Source: Pedobacter sp. (GTDB lineage: Bacteria; Desulfobacterota; Desulfuromonadia; Desulfuromonadales; Syntrophotaleaceae). Taken from it: 64,000 nucleotides of DNA. The stretch spans positions 192,001-256,000 of the forward strand of contig JBFWJC010000001.1 of the NCBI GenBank assembly GCA_050253415.1, read 5' to 3'. This document shows positions 55,230-64,000 of this stretch, piece by piece. A program made the position numbers and the translations under genes. Under the pieces are notes generated by a model that was not told the DNA's origin, made no database searches, and saw only the letters and a list, made by a program, of their open reading frames with translations. Every line of letters begins with the position of its first letter. Positions within the stretch are counted from its first letter, which is position 1.

Positions 55230-55988
55230 CGACTTTACCGTGTCCACACAGCGCAACAGGGCGTCGCAGTCATGGATCTCCAGGGTTATACTTGGGGGAC
55301 TCTTGAGGGTGCCAACCAGGCGGAACAGTTTATCGAAATCGATATCGCCCTCTCCTACGGCCATATGTGCATCGCGGTCGCCGCAGTTGTCATGCACATG
55401 CAGATGACGGATCCAGGGGGCAAGCGAGTCAAACCACCGCTCCATCGAGTCTTTGCCGAACAGGCGCCAGTGACCGGCATCAAAACAATGGCCCAGCCAA
55501 GGTGAATCAAGCGTTTTAAGAACCGCAACCAGGGTGTCGGGCGTTTCCTCGAAGATATTTTCCAGAACCAACTGGCACTGTTGCCGGGCGGCCTGTTCCA
55601 GCACAGATGGGAAAAACTCCAGGCAGGCATCGATCCAGGGTTGGCTTTGACCACCATAGCGCCAACGTTCATACCCGGGATGCAGGACCACCAAACTGGC
55701 CTGCAGGAGATCGGCAACCTCCAGGGTTTCCATCCAGCGTTGACGGGTCGCATCGCGGACCAGAGGTTCGAGGGCGCCGGGGTTCAGATCCATAAACGGT
55801 GCATGCACCGTCACCGCCAGACCTTCTTCGGCCAGTCGGCGGCCTGCCTGTTTAACCAAAGGGCGTAGCGAGGGGTCGAGATCGGGCCACTTAAAGGCTA
55901 TTTCGGGTTGCAGGCGATGTTTCTGCAGCAAGGGAAAGTGCCTGTCGAACTGGCTGAAGGGAATATGCACATGCATCTGATCAGACAT
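55215..55988 (-). CDS. sugar phosphate isomerase/epimerase / AP endonuclease 2 family TIM-barrel protein
   Basis: VHAPF.DLNPG, LHPG, LENIFE, CFDAGH, HLHVHDN.G..DAH, TLEIH. Confidence 0.9.
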   Translation of the reverse strand: MSDQMHVHIPFSQFDRHFPLLQKHRLQPEIAFKWPDLDPSLRPLVKQAGRRLAEEGLAVTVHAPFMDLNPGALEPLVRDATRQRWMETLEVADLLQASLVVLHPGYERWRYGGQSQPWIDACLEFFPSVLEQAARQQCQLVLENIFEETPDTLVAVLKTLDSPWLGHCFDAGHWRLFGKDSMERWFDSLAPWIRHLHVHDNCGDRDAHMAVGEGDIDFDKLFRLVGTLKSPPSITLEIHDCDALLRCVDTVKSLILR

Positions 55989-56994
55989 TGGCAACACCTC
56001 CGCAGGCGACCTGCTCCAGCTTGCGAATGGCGGGCGGTTCGCCGAGGGTGATAAGAATATCTTCGGCTTGAATGGTCGTATCGGATTCGGGGTTAAACAG
56101 CATCATACCACTGCTTTTTTTGATGGCTATGATCATGATCCCCCAGGCGCGGCGAATGTCCGAGGATACAAGGGATTTGTCCACCAGGGAAGAGGTGGGG
56201 GCCACGCGGATTTCTTCGAGTTGCAGCTCAAAACTTTCGCTGCCTACCGCAATATCGATAAAATCGACCACCGACGGTCTCAACACTGCCCAGGCCATAC
56301 GGCTGGCACCGATACGGTAAGGCGAAATGACCTTGGAAGCCCCGGCGCGTTTGAGTTTGATTTCGGACCCTTCTTCAACGCTGCGGGCCAGGATAAACAG
56401 ATCGGGGTTCAGGCCGCGAGCGGTCAAGGTGATGTAGACGTTGGCCGATTCCGAGGTGACGGCGGTTATCAGGCCTTTAGCCCGCTGGATACCGGCTTGG
56501 ATCAAGGTGTCGTCGTCGGTTGCATCCCCCTGTACGAACAGAGCACCCTCTCTGGACAAGCTTTCGCAGATGGCGGGGTCACGCTCCACGATAACAAAGG
56601 GGACCGGGCGGGACCGGAATTCCTGACTGATAAGCGTTCCGATGCGACCGTAACCGCAGATGATGTAATGACCTTCCATCTTATTGATGCGTTTTTCCAA
56701 TTTTCTTCTCCCGAGAATGCGTTGGATTTGCCCCTCCACCATCAATTGCAGCAAGCTTCCTGCAGCGTAAGTAATGGTGGCAACACCAAAGACGATGAGG
56801 CCGATGGTAAAAATCTTGCCTTCCGTGGAAAGGTCGTGTACCTCTTTATAACCGACGGTTGCCAACGTGATAACCGTCATATAAAGGGCGTCAAGGAGAT
56901 CCCACCCTTCAATCAAGGTATAGCCGATGGTGCCCAGCCCAACAGCCAGGATCAGAATCAACAGGGAAAAACGCAAGTGGCGGACAGGATGCAT
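55981..56994 (-). CDS. potassium channel protein with RCK (TrkA-N/C) domains
   Basis: Two TMs plus pore TLATVGY; HYIICGYGRIG, GDAT, NP TrkA-C motif. Confidence 0.92.
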   Translation of the reverse strand: MHPVRHLRFSLLILILAVGLGTIGYTLIEGWDLLDALYMTVITLATVGYKEVHDLSTEGKIFTIGLIVFGVATITYAAGSLLQLMVEGQIQRILGRRKLEKRINKMEGHYIICGYGRIGTLISQEFRSRPVPFVIVERDPAICESLSREGALFVQGDATDDDTLIQAGIQRAKGLITAVTSESANVYITLTARGLNPDLFILARSVEEGSEIKLKRAGASKVISPYRIGASRMAWAVLRPSVVDFIDIAVGSESFELQLEEIRVAPTSSLVDKSLVSSDIRRAWGIMIIAIKKSSGMMLFNPESDTTIQAEDILITLGEPPAIRKLEQVACGGVANV

Positions 56995-57209
56995 GGGGTC
57001 TCCGGAATCAGAGGTCTTCGGATCATAGCTTTGAACCGCTAAAAAGGCAAGCTGCGGTGGACTTTGCCTTTGTCGTGGCATTCGTGCCAGAGTGGAATTT
57101 ATAGTATTATAGAGTGAAAAAAAACATGCGCTTAGAATTTCAGCGCACAGGCGGACCGGGATCGGTAATAGCAGTATGGCTGAAAGCGGCAAACCGCAGC
57201 AGGAGAAGC

Positions 57210-58613
57210 ATGACAACCTTTGTAAAAACTCATCTTGCAGAACCGGTAAGCTGCCAAGAGGAACTGGTGAATTACCTGTTGCGGAATATAAGGCCTGCTG
57301 AGCAATGGGGTATCGGCATTGAAGTGGAAAAGCTGGTAGTCGATCGCCAAACCGGCGAGGCAGCTGATTTTTCTCGTATAGAGGCGTTGCTGCAACAGCT
57401 CGAAAGCACCAGTGGCTGGCAAGGTCAGCGAGAGGCGGGCCGTTTGATAGCCCTGATCGGTAAAGCGTCATCCGTGACCCTGGAACCGGGCGGGCAACTG
57501 GAATTATCCGGAAAATTGTGCAATGACCTGTGTTGTTGTCAACGGGACTTGTCCCACCATATCCAGCGTATTGTTGCCGCTGGCAGGCCTCTAGGCCTCA
57601 CCTTTCTGGGGTTGGGGGTGCAGCCGATAACATCGCTGCAATCCATCGATTGGCTACCCAAGCCGCGTTACGCCATCATGCGCGAGTATATGCAGCGCAC
57701 CGGCGATCGTGGCCAGCACATGATGAAGCTTAGTGCCGGCCTGCAGGTCAATCTCGATTTTTGCGACGAAGCTGACTGCATCGATAAATTTCGCACGGGT
57801 CAGTTGCTGGCGCCATTGTTTTACGCGCTGTTCGCGAACTCACCCCTGATGAACGGGCAACCGACAGGATTTTTGTCTACCCGTGGGGAGATCTGGGCGC
57901 GGACCGATCCTGATCGTTCCGGTTTGATTTTAGATATGTATCGGCCCGGCGCGGGGTTATCCACCTATGTCGAGCATGCCCTCGATGTGCCCATGTATTT
58001 TATCCAGCGGGAACAGCACCTTATAAATATGACGCACAGGCGTTTCAGTTTTCGCCAGTTTATGGCCGAAGGCTTCGAGGGCCACTACCCTACCCTGGCC
58101 GATTGGGACCTGCATCTTTCCACCCTGTTTTCCGAGGTGCGTTTGCGTCCGCAGATCGAATTGCGCAGCGCCGACAGTTTGCCGCCGCATCTGGCCATGT
58201 CGGTTGCGGCGTTGGCCAAAGGTCTGCTGTACGATGCTGAGGCTCGCTACCAGGTTGGACGTTTGCTCGACCCCGGCGACGACGCCGGACGTATGGAACT
58301 TTATCGCAACTCCTGGCGTTTGGGCTTGCGAACCCCCTGCGGCAATCATACCTTGCGGGAGGTCGCTTGCGAGGCTTTGATTCTGGCCCGGGAGGCCTTG
58401 CTCAGGCAGGGCCCCGGGCGTTGTACGGGCGCGGACGAAAGCGGTTTCCTGGATGACATGGAAGAAGTGGCGCACAGTGGCGTTACTCTGGCTGAGAGGT
58501 TGCTGCAAAACTGGAAGGGCAGCCCGGAACAACGTTTGGCAGCATTGCTGGCACACTGCGGATATCCCGAGACCATTCCGTTGGGGGATGCAGAGCCGTT
58601 GACAATCATCTGA
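57210..58613 (+). CDS. gshA: glutamate--cysteine ligase (plant/alphaproteobacterial GCS2 type)
   Basis: IGIEVEK, TLEPGGQLELSG, PKPRY, LQVNLDF, FANSP, HLSTLF.EVRL, ELRSAD; AGGAG RBS. Confidence 0.9.
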   Translation: MTTFVKTHLAEPVSCQEELVNYLLRNIRPAEQWGIGIEVEKLVVDRQTGEAADFSRIEALLQQLESTSGWQGQREAGRLIALIGKASSVTLEPGGQLELSGKLCNDLCCCQRDLSHHIQRIVAAGRPLGLTFLGLGVQPITSLQSIDWLPKPRYAIMREYMQRTGDRGQHMMKLSAGLQVNLDFCDEADCIDKFRTGQLLAPLFYALFANSPLMNGQPTGFLSTRGEIWARTDPDRSGLILDMYRPGAGLSTYVEHALDVPMYFIQREQHLINMTHRRFSFRQFMAEGFEGHYPTLADWDLHLSTLFSEVRLRPQIELRSADSLPPHLAMSVAALAKGLLYDAEARYQVGRLLDPGDDAGRMELYRNSWRLGLRTPCGNHTLREVACEALILAREALLRQGPGRCTGADESGFLDDMEEVAHSGVTLAERLLQNWKGSPEQRLAALLAHCGYPETIPLGDAEPLTII

Positions 58614-58663
58614 AAGACCGATGTTCCGGGCACGGTACATCGATTATAGCGAGGAGGACAGTC

Positions 58664-60658
58664 ATGGAACTTGAAATGCTGGATCAAAAGCTGGCTCGGG
58701 AATCTATCGACACCATTCGACTGCTATCCGCCGATGGGGTTGAAAAGGCCCGTTCCGGGCATCCAGGCACCCCCATGGAAGCCTCTCCCATCGCTTACCT
58801 CCTCTACACGCGCCACCTGCGTCATAATCCGGCCAACCCCGAATGGGCGGGCCGCGATCGTTTCATTCTTTCCTGCGGCCACGCCTCCATGCTTCTCTAC
58901 AGCATCCTGCATCTGACCGGATATGATCTGTCATTGGATGACCTGAAACAGTTCCGACAACTCGACAGTCGGACTCCGGGACATCCGGAATTCGGACACA
59001 CACCCGGCGTCGAAACCACCACCGGCCCGCTTGGACAAGGGGTAGCGGTCGGTGTCGGCATGGCCATGGGGGCACGGATGTTGGCAGATAAGGTCCATGC
59101 GGAGCTGTTCGATTACCGGATTTACGCTCTGTGCTCCGACGGCGACATGATGGAAGGGGTCGCCGCGGAGGCGGCCTCGCTGGCCGGCCACCTGCAGTTG
59201 GGTAACCTGATTTACATTTATCTCGACAATCGGATCACCATCGAGGGACAGACCGATCTGGCTTTTAGTGACGAAACGGCGAGCAGGTTTCTGTCGTACG
59301 GCTGGCATGTACAACATGTCGAAGGCGAGAACCTGGCGGAAATCGATGCTGCCCTGGCGCGTGCCAAGGCTGATACGCGTCCTTCGCTGATCATTGCACG
59401 CACCCACATCGGGTTTGGCGCGCCCCATAAGCAGGACACCGCCGAAGCGCATGGTGCGCCGCTGGGAGACCAGGAACTGCGTCTGACCAAAGAATTCTTT
59501 GGGCGAGATCCGGAGGTCACGTTTAATGTCCCCGAAGTGGTGGCAGGCCATATGCTTGCGGTGAGGGAGCGTGGCCAGGAGCAGGAACAAGCCTGGCAGC
59601 AACAACTACGGGATGAAATGGCGAAGAACCATCCGAAGCTGGTTGCCTGGCAGCAGTCTGCTGAAAACGGCTTGCCGCCAGGGTGGCAGGCGGCGTTGCC
59701 CAGCTTTAGCGTCACCGACGGAAAGCTGGCTACCCGTCAGGCCAGTGGCGTGACTCTCAATGCCTTGGCAGAGAGTCTTCCCCTGATGCTGGGGGGATCT
59801 GCGGACCTGGCTCCGTCCAACAATACGGCCCTTAAAAAGGCGGGTTCCTTCAGACCTGGTGCGGCGGACCGGAATATTCACTTTGGCGTGCGCGAACATG
59901 CCATGGGCTCTATTCTCAATGGCTTGTCACATACCCCGGGGCTGATCCCGTTTGGCGGCACCTTCCTGATTTTTTCCGATTATATGCGGCCGCCGATACG
60001 CCTGGCCGCCATGATGGGATTGGCGCCGGTTTACGTTTTCACCCACGACTCTATCGGACTGGGCGAAGACGGCCCCACCCATCAACCCGTGGAACAGTTG
60101 GCCGCTCTGAGGGCTATTCCAAACCTTATGGTTATCCGGCCATGCGACGCCAACGAAACGGTCCAGGCCTGGCGGGCGGCTCTGGAAAATCGCAGGGGCC
60201 CCAGCGCCCTGGTGCTGACACGGCAGGGCTTGCCGGTCCTTGATCGCAATGAGTATGGGGCGGCCGAGGGGTTGCTGCGCGGTGGTTACGTGTTGGCCCG
60301 TGAAGATGGGCCGCTAGGGGTTGTGCTTATTGCCAGCGGTTCGGAGGTCGCTCTGGCGCTCGAGGCACGTGCCATGCTGCAGGTCGAAGGCATCGGTGTA
60401 CGGGTGGTGTCCCTGCCCTGCTGGGAACTGTTCGATGCTCAGCCGCAGGCGTACCGGGAGGAGGTGCTTCCTTCTGGTCCGGCGGTGCGGGTCGCTGTCG
60501 AGGCCGGTATCGGCATGGGCTGGGAGCGCTATGTCGGCTCTTCCGGTGAGGTGGTTTGCATGACCGGTTTTGGTGCCAGTGCTCCTGGCGGCACACTGAT
60601 GAAAAAATTCGGGTTTACCAGCGACCAGCTGGTGGCACGCATCAAGCCGTTGTTATAA
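58664..60658 (+). CDS. tkt: transketolase
   Basis: SGHPG, RDRFILSCGH, TTGPLGQG, DGDMMEG, FGVREHAM, HDSIGLGEDGPTHQP. Confidence 0.98.
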   Translation: MELEMLDQKLARESIDTIRLLSADGVEKARSGHPGTPMEASPIAYLLYTRHLRHNPANPEWAGRDRFILSCGHASMLLYSILHLTGYDLSLDDLKQFRQLDSRTPGHPEFGHTPGVETTTGPLGQGVAVGVGMAMGARMLADKVHAELFDYRIYALCSDGDMMEGVAAEAASLAGHLQLGNLIYIYLDNRITIEGQTDLAFSDETASRFLSYGWHVQHVEGENLAEIDAALARAKADTRPSLIIARTHIGFGAPHKQDTAEAHGAPLGDQELRLTKEFFGRDPEVTFNVPEVVAGHMLAVRERGQEQEQAWQQQLRDEMAKNHPKLVAWQQSAENGLPPGWQAALPSFSVTDGKLATRQASGVTLNALAESLPLMLGGSADLAPSNNTALKKAGSFRPGAADRNIHFGVREHAMGSILNGLSHTPGLIPFGGTFLIFSDYMRPPIRLAAMMGLAPVYVFTHDSIGLGEDGPTHQPVEQLAALRAIPNLMVIRPCDANETVQAWRAALENRRGPSALVLTRQGLPVLDRNEYGAAEGLLRGGYVLAREDGPLGVVLIASGSEVALALEARAMLQVEGIGVRVVSLPCWELFDAQPQAYREEVLPSGPAVRVAVEAGIGMGWERYVGSSGEVVCMTGFGASAPGGTLMKKFGFTSDQLVARIKPLL

Positions 60659-60807
60659 AAGAAAGAGGCAGCCACTGCATGCCAATTCAGGGTGTCATGA
60701 AGGTCAAAGTATACGATTCTAAACGGTATTTTTAACAAAGGCTGCACAAGGATAGCTTTTTTTAACCTGATGTCTAAGTTGCCGCGCAGAAAAAAATTTT
60801 CAAAACG

Positions 60808-60836
60808 TGTAAACCTTGAGGGTGATCGTGCGTCTT
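60808..60836 (+). promoter_or_regulatory. putative ECF-sigma autoregulatory promoter
   Basis: TGTAAAC-N16-CGTCTT about 40 nt upstream of the ECF sigma ATG. Confidence 0.65.
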
Positions 60837-60872
60837 ACAAATCAAAGAGATTATCCATGTAAGGGAGCGGAT

Positions 60873-61517
60873 ATGGACTACCGCAGCACGGCAGCTGTTA
60901 TAGAGGTGGACGAAGTGCCGGAACAGCTTATCGAAGAGACACCTGACAGCGAGACTCTTTTGCTGGAAAGAATTCGCCAGGGAGATGAGTCGGCTTTTAC
61001 ACGGCTGGTTTCGGATCACTTGACACAAGTGGTCAATCTTGCCTATCGCATGCTGGGGGATAGACAGGAAGCCGAGGATCTTGCTCAGGAGGCGTTTATT
61101 CGCCTGCACCGTGCCCTGCCCTCCTTTCGTGGCGAATGCAGGATCAAGACCTGGCTGTACCGGGTGGTTTCGCGGTTGGTTATCGACCACCTCCGGCGTG
61201 AGAAGGTGCGCCGTCGTATCTTCTTTTTTCGCAAGAGTGAAGATGATCTTGATCCGGTGGACAATTGTGCCGATCCGGCGGCATCGCCCAGCGATGTATT
61301 GCTCGGGGAGGAAGCCCGTCAAAAATTATTTAAAGCTATGACGAAACTTTCCGGCAGGCAGCGGGCCGTTTTTGTGTTGCGACACCAGGAAGGCTTGCCC
61401 CTTAAGGAAATAGCAACCCTGCTCCATCTCAAGGAAGGTACGGTCAAGGCTCATTTGCATCGGGCCGTGCAGTTTTTACGTCAGGAATTTACCGACGATG
61501 AAGGGGTAACATTATGA
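60873..61517 (+). CDS. ECF RNA polymerase sigma factor
   Basis: Region 2 AEDLAQEAFI..TWLYRV; region 4 LS.RQRAVFVL...EIA.....GTVK..LHRA. Confidence 0.93.
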   Translation: MDYRSTAAVIEVDEVPEQLIEETPDSETLLLERIRQGDESAFTRLVSDHLTQVVNLAYRMLGDRQEAEDLAQEAFIRLHRALPSFRGECRIKTWLYRVVSRLVIDHLRREKVRRRIFFFRKSEDDLDPVDNCADPAASPSDVLLGEEARQKLFKAMTKLSGRQRAVFVLRHQEGLPLKEIATLLHLKEGTVKAHLHRAVQFLRQEFTDDEGVTL

Positions 61518-61969
61518 AACGCCGCATACAGGGAACCTGCAACGAAAAGGATCTGGTTCTTTTCCATTATGGTGAACTCGATGCCGTGGCCAGGCAGCGT
61601 CTCCTTGATCATCTCGAGGATTGCCAGGATTGCAGAGTCCGACTTGCCAGATTACAGCAGGCGTTGGCCGATCTTCCCCTGCCCGGCCTTATCCTATCCG
61701 AGGTGGAACAGCATCGTATGACAGCGATTATTACCGACCGTGCGTCTCAGCGGTCGCGACCAAAACGCTGGATGTGGGGATCGGCAATTGCGGCGGGAGC
61801 GGTGCTGGCGGTAAGCCTGTTCATTATCCCTGGTGGTCCTGGTAGTCTTCCCGGTGGGGTGCCCCGTTCGGAAACCGAAATCGGCATGCTGCAGGACCTG
61901 GAGTTGCTGCAGAATATCGAACTTTTGGAAAATATGGAGTTGTTGCAGGATCTTGAACGCATAGGTTAA
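61514..61969 (+). CDS. zf-HC2 (ZAS) membrane anti-sigma factor
   Basis: HLEDCQDC (HxxxCxxC), a single TM, ATGA overlap with the sigma gene. Confidence 0.88.
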   Translation: MKRRIQGTCNEKDLVLFHYGELDAVARQRLLDHLEDCQDCRVRLARLQQALADLPLPGLILSEVEQHRMTAIITDRASQRSRPKRWMWGSAIAAGAVLAVSLFIIPGGPGSLPGGVPRSETEIGMLQDLELLQNIELLENMELLQDLERIG

Positions 61970-62011
61970 AGACAAGGGTCCTTAAACAGGACGCTGAAGA
62001 TGGGGGACCTG

Positions 62012-62482
62012 ATGAAAGGAATATGGTGGTTGCTTCTGCTGCTGGCGGGGTTGTTGATGGCTCCGATATCCAGCGCATGGGCCCAAAAAAATGTAAGCCG
62101 GAACCAGCAGACCTGGTTACTTGCCGACAACGGACACCGCTGGCAGGACCTGACGCCGGAACAACGCCAGGAACTCAAAGGACGGTACCGTCAATATAAA
62201 GAACTTACTCCCGATGAGCAGGAGCATTTGCGTCAGAAGTACGACAAATATCGCGACCTGTCCCCCGAGGAGCGTGAACGACTTAAACGGCGCATGGAGC
62301 GCTGGCAGAAAATGCCGGAGGATAAAAAACAGGAACTCAAACAGAGATATCAACACTATCGCCAGTTGCCCCCTGAAAAACAACAGGAACTCAGGAAAAA
62401 GTGGCAGGATCTCAGGCAATTGCCTCCGGAGCAGCGTCATAAACGCTACAAAGAGTTGCAGAAGGAATACGGTCAAGATTAA
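62012..62482 (+). CDS. DUF3106-like exported helical-repeat protein
   Basis: Signal peptide (SAWA) followed by six 18-aa W/Y-x-x-L-x-P-E repeats. Confidence 0.85.
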   Translation: MKGIWWLLLLLAGLLMAPISSAWAQKNVSRNQQTWLLADNGHRWQDLTPEQRQELKGRYRQYKELTPDEQEHLRQKYDKYRDLSPEERERLKRRMERWQKMPEDKKQELKQRYQHYRQLPPEKQQELRKKWQDLRQLPPEQRHKRYKELQKEYGQD

Positions 62483-62506
62483 AGCTGAAAATTATAGGTC
62501 CCGATT

Positions 62507-62548
62507 AAAAAAAGCGCGTCCCGACAAAATAAGGGGACGCGCTTTTTT
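62507..62548. terminator. bidirectional intrinsic terminator
   Basis: AAAAAAAGCGCGTCCC...GGGACGCGCTTTTTT between convergent genes. Confidence 0.9.
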
Positions 62549-62577
62549 AGTTAAAACAGGTACTTGTTCCTGAAATT

Positions 62578-63999
62578 CTACAAAGTGTTGCCGGCGATAG
62601 GTACAAGCTGCAGGTATGCATCGCCGCTGCCGTCGGGTTTTTTGTTGAGCAACAGCACGGCACTGACAACCCGCCCTTGGTGGTGGACCAGGGCAAAGTC
62701 AAGAATAAAAGCCTCAATCCCGGCGCAAGGTTCCGTGACCATGAGCCGTTGACCATTCCAGTGCAAAGCAACGAGATGATCCTGCCCGGAAGCTTTGCCA
62801 ACCAGGGGCAAGCCCATGGAACGCTCTCGTCGAATGGTGTAGGCGGTTCCGTCGGCTGCAATGGCTATGCGCGGCGGGAGTGTTGCCCATGTTTCACGGA
62901 CCACATCTTCTTTGCTGAAACCAGAGCGGTATTCGGGGGTTTCCAAAGGCACAGCGATGCGTGCGCCAACATACTCCCCCAGATCGTAGAGTAAAGTACC
63001 GCCGGGCAGTGGCAGACCGTTGTCAAGAGACACCAGGCGAAGCTGTTGGTCGGCGGTCCATTGCAAAGCAGTGGTCTTGTCAAGCGGGGTAATGTCGAAC
63101 AGGTTACTCTGGGCCCATGGTACCGCCTTATTACCGGCTTCCCAACCATGGGCGGTTGGGAACAACGGAAGTACAGGTCCGCTCCACACCTCGTAGGTGC
63201 CTCGGCTTTGCACCAGGCCCCTGTTGCCGATCAGGCGCACAAAAGCGTGGGGTCCATTGCTGGCGGTAAAACCTGACTGATCCGATTCGAGAATGGTGCT
63301 GCGCAACTGGGAGTCGGTTCCTTCGTAAATGCCCTTCAGGTCTTCAGCCCATACGGCGGCAAGTTCGGTGGTGCCATCGCCATCCGGGTCGCCGCTTTCA
63401 AGATACAGACCACGCATGGCTTTGTTGTCAAGAGTGTATGAGCCAAGGGGCTGCAGCACATTGTTCTGAAGGCGATACCGTGCCACCCCGGAATCGTTCT
63501 GCACGGCCAGATCGAGGATTTGCTCGGCGGTTTCAGCCAGAAATGCCAGGCTCCGTGGATTTCCCGGCAGGGGCACAGGGCCCGGCAGGTTGGAGACCTT
63601 CCGGGTTTCGGCAACTACGATAGGGGCCGCAGGTACCGGCGCGGCGATCGGATGAGCCGGCACGACTATTGGTGGCGTCGGGTCTGCAGGCTGCGCGACG
63701 GCTTGAAAAGTCGACAGAGGGTGGCGTTCGAAGGCTATAATGGCACTGTCGGCGGCCCGGCGCAAAATCGCTATGCTTGATTCTTTGCTTTCGCGCAATT
63801 CGAGAATCAGGCCGCTTCCGCCGGTAGTGAATTCGCTGACAGTCCGCACGGCAAATCCGTGCTGCAGGACCTGCTCCAGCACTTCCTGCACGGCGACCGT
63901 TTCCAGCGGGGCCTCGGCTGCAGAGAGCAGCAGCATTTCTTTGGCTCCCTGCCAGTCTGTCAGAGCTTTATCAATTTTGGGCCAGGGAATATTGACAGC
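62578..63999 (-). CDS. hypothetical protein with FG-GAP/VCBS-like motif (5'-truncated by window edge)
   Basis: Frame open to the window end; Pro/Ala linker, then GDPDGDGTTELAAVW; beta-rich. Confidence 0.7.
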   Translation of the reverse strand, partial: AVNIPWPKIDKALTDWQGAKEMLLLSAAEAPLETVAVQEVLEQVLQHGFAVRTVSEFTTGGSGLILELRESKESSIAILRRAADSAIIAFERHPLSTFQAVAQPADPTPPIVVPAHPIAAPVPAAPIVVAETRKVSNLPGPVPLPGNPRSLAFLAETAEQILDLAVQNDSGVARYRLQNNVLQPLGSYTLDNKAMRGLYLESGDPDGDGTTELAAVWAEDLKGIYEGTDSQLRSTILESDQSGFTASNGPHAFVRLIGNRGLVQSRGTYEVWSGPVLPLFPTAHGWEAGNKAVPWAQSNLFDITPLDKTTALQWTADQQLRLVSLDNGLPLPGGTLLYDLGEYVGARIAVPLETPEYRSGFSKEDVVRETWATLPPRIAIAADGTAYTIRRERSMGLPLVGKASGQDHLVALHWNGQRLMVTEPCAGIEAFILDFALVHHQGRVVSAVLLLNKKPDGSGDAYLQLVPIAGNTL

Positions 64000-64000
64000 G

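Noticed and set aside
56995..57471. 159-aa N-terminal extension of the K+ channel ORF
   Set aside because: It overlaps the divergent gshA; family similarity starts at MHPVRHL (56994).

Overview
This window spans the chromosomal replication origin of a Desulfuromonadales-type deltaproteobacterium; gene order and protein sequences resemble Syntrophotalea/Pelobacter (inferred, not searched). The core is gyrA-gyrB-recF-dnaN-oriC-dnaA on the - strand and rpmH-rnpA-yidD-yidC-mnmE-parS-mnmG-rsmG-parA-parB-bactofilin on the + strand. The left arm is mostly on the - strand: a heterodimeric ABC exporter, an apbE/NusG-II/Gx-transporter trio, rimO, yajQ, lolA, a minimal Dif-like MCP-CheW-CheA cluster, thiL, lon, hldD, a JAB-DinG helicase, an RtcB/archease/BCAM0308-family cluster, orphan atpZ-atpI, an HD-GYP protein, an aminotransferase, PBP1A, nth and gpsA. 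The right arm carries dinB, a K+ channel, glutamate-cysteine ligase, tkt and an ECF sigma/anti-sigma/DUF3106 module. I saw no rRNA, tRNA, CRISPR array or mobile element. The most notable observations are: (1) an unannotated 33-codon Ala-rich leader peptide with complete 1:2, 2:3 and 3:4 attenuator pairings upstream of an AlaA-like aminotransferase, a candidate alanine-sensing attenuator; (2) a Zn-ribbon protein + archease + RtcB RNA-repair module; (3) apparent loss of F1Fo ATP synthase structural genes at both expected loci; (4) an apbE-EetA/EetB-like flavinylation module next to an ABC exporter. All calls were made by eye from motifs; no database searches were run.
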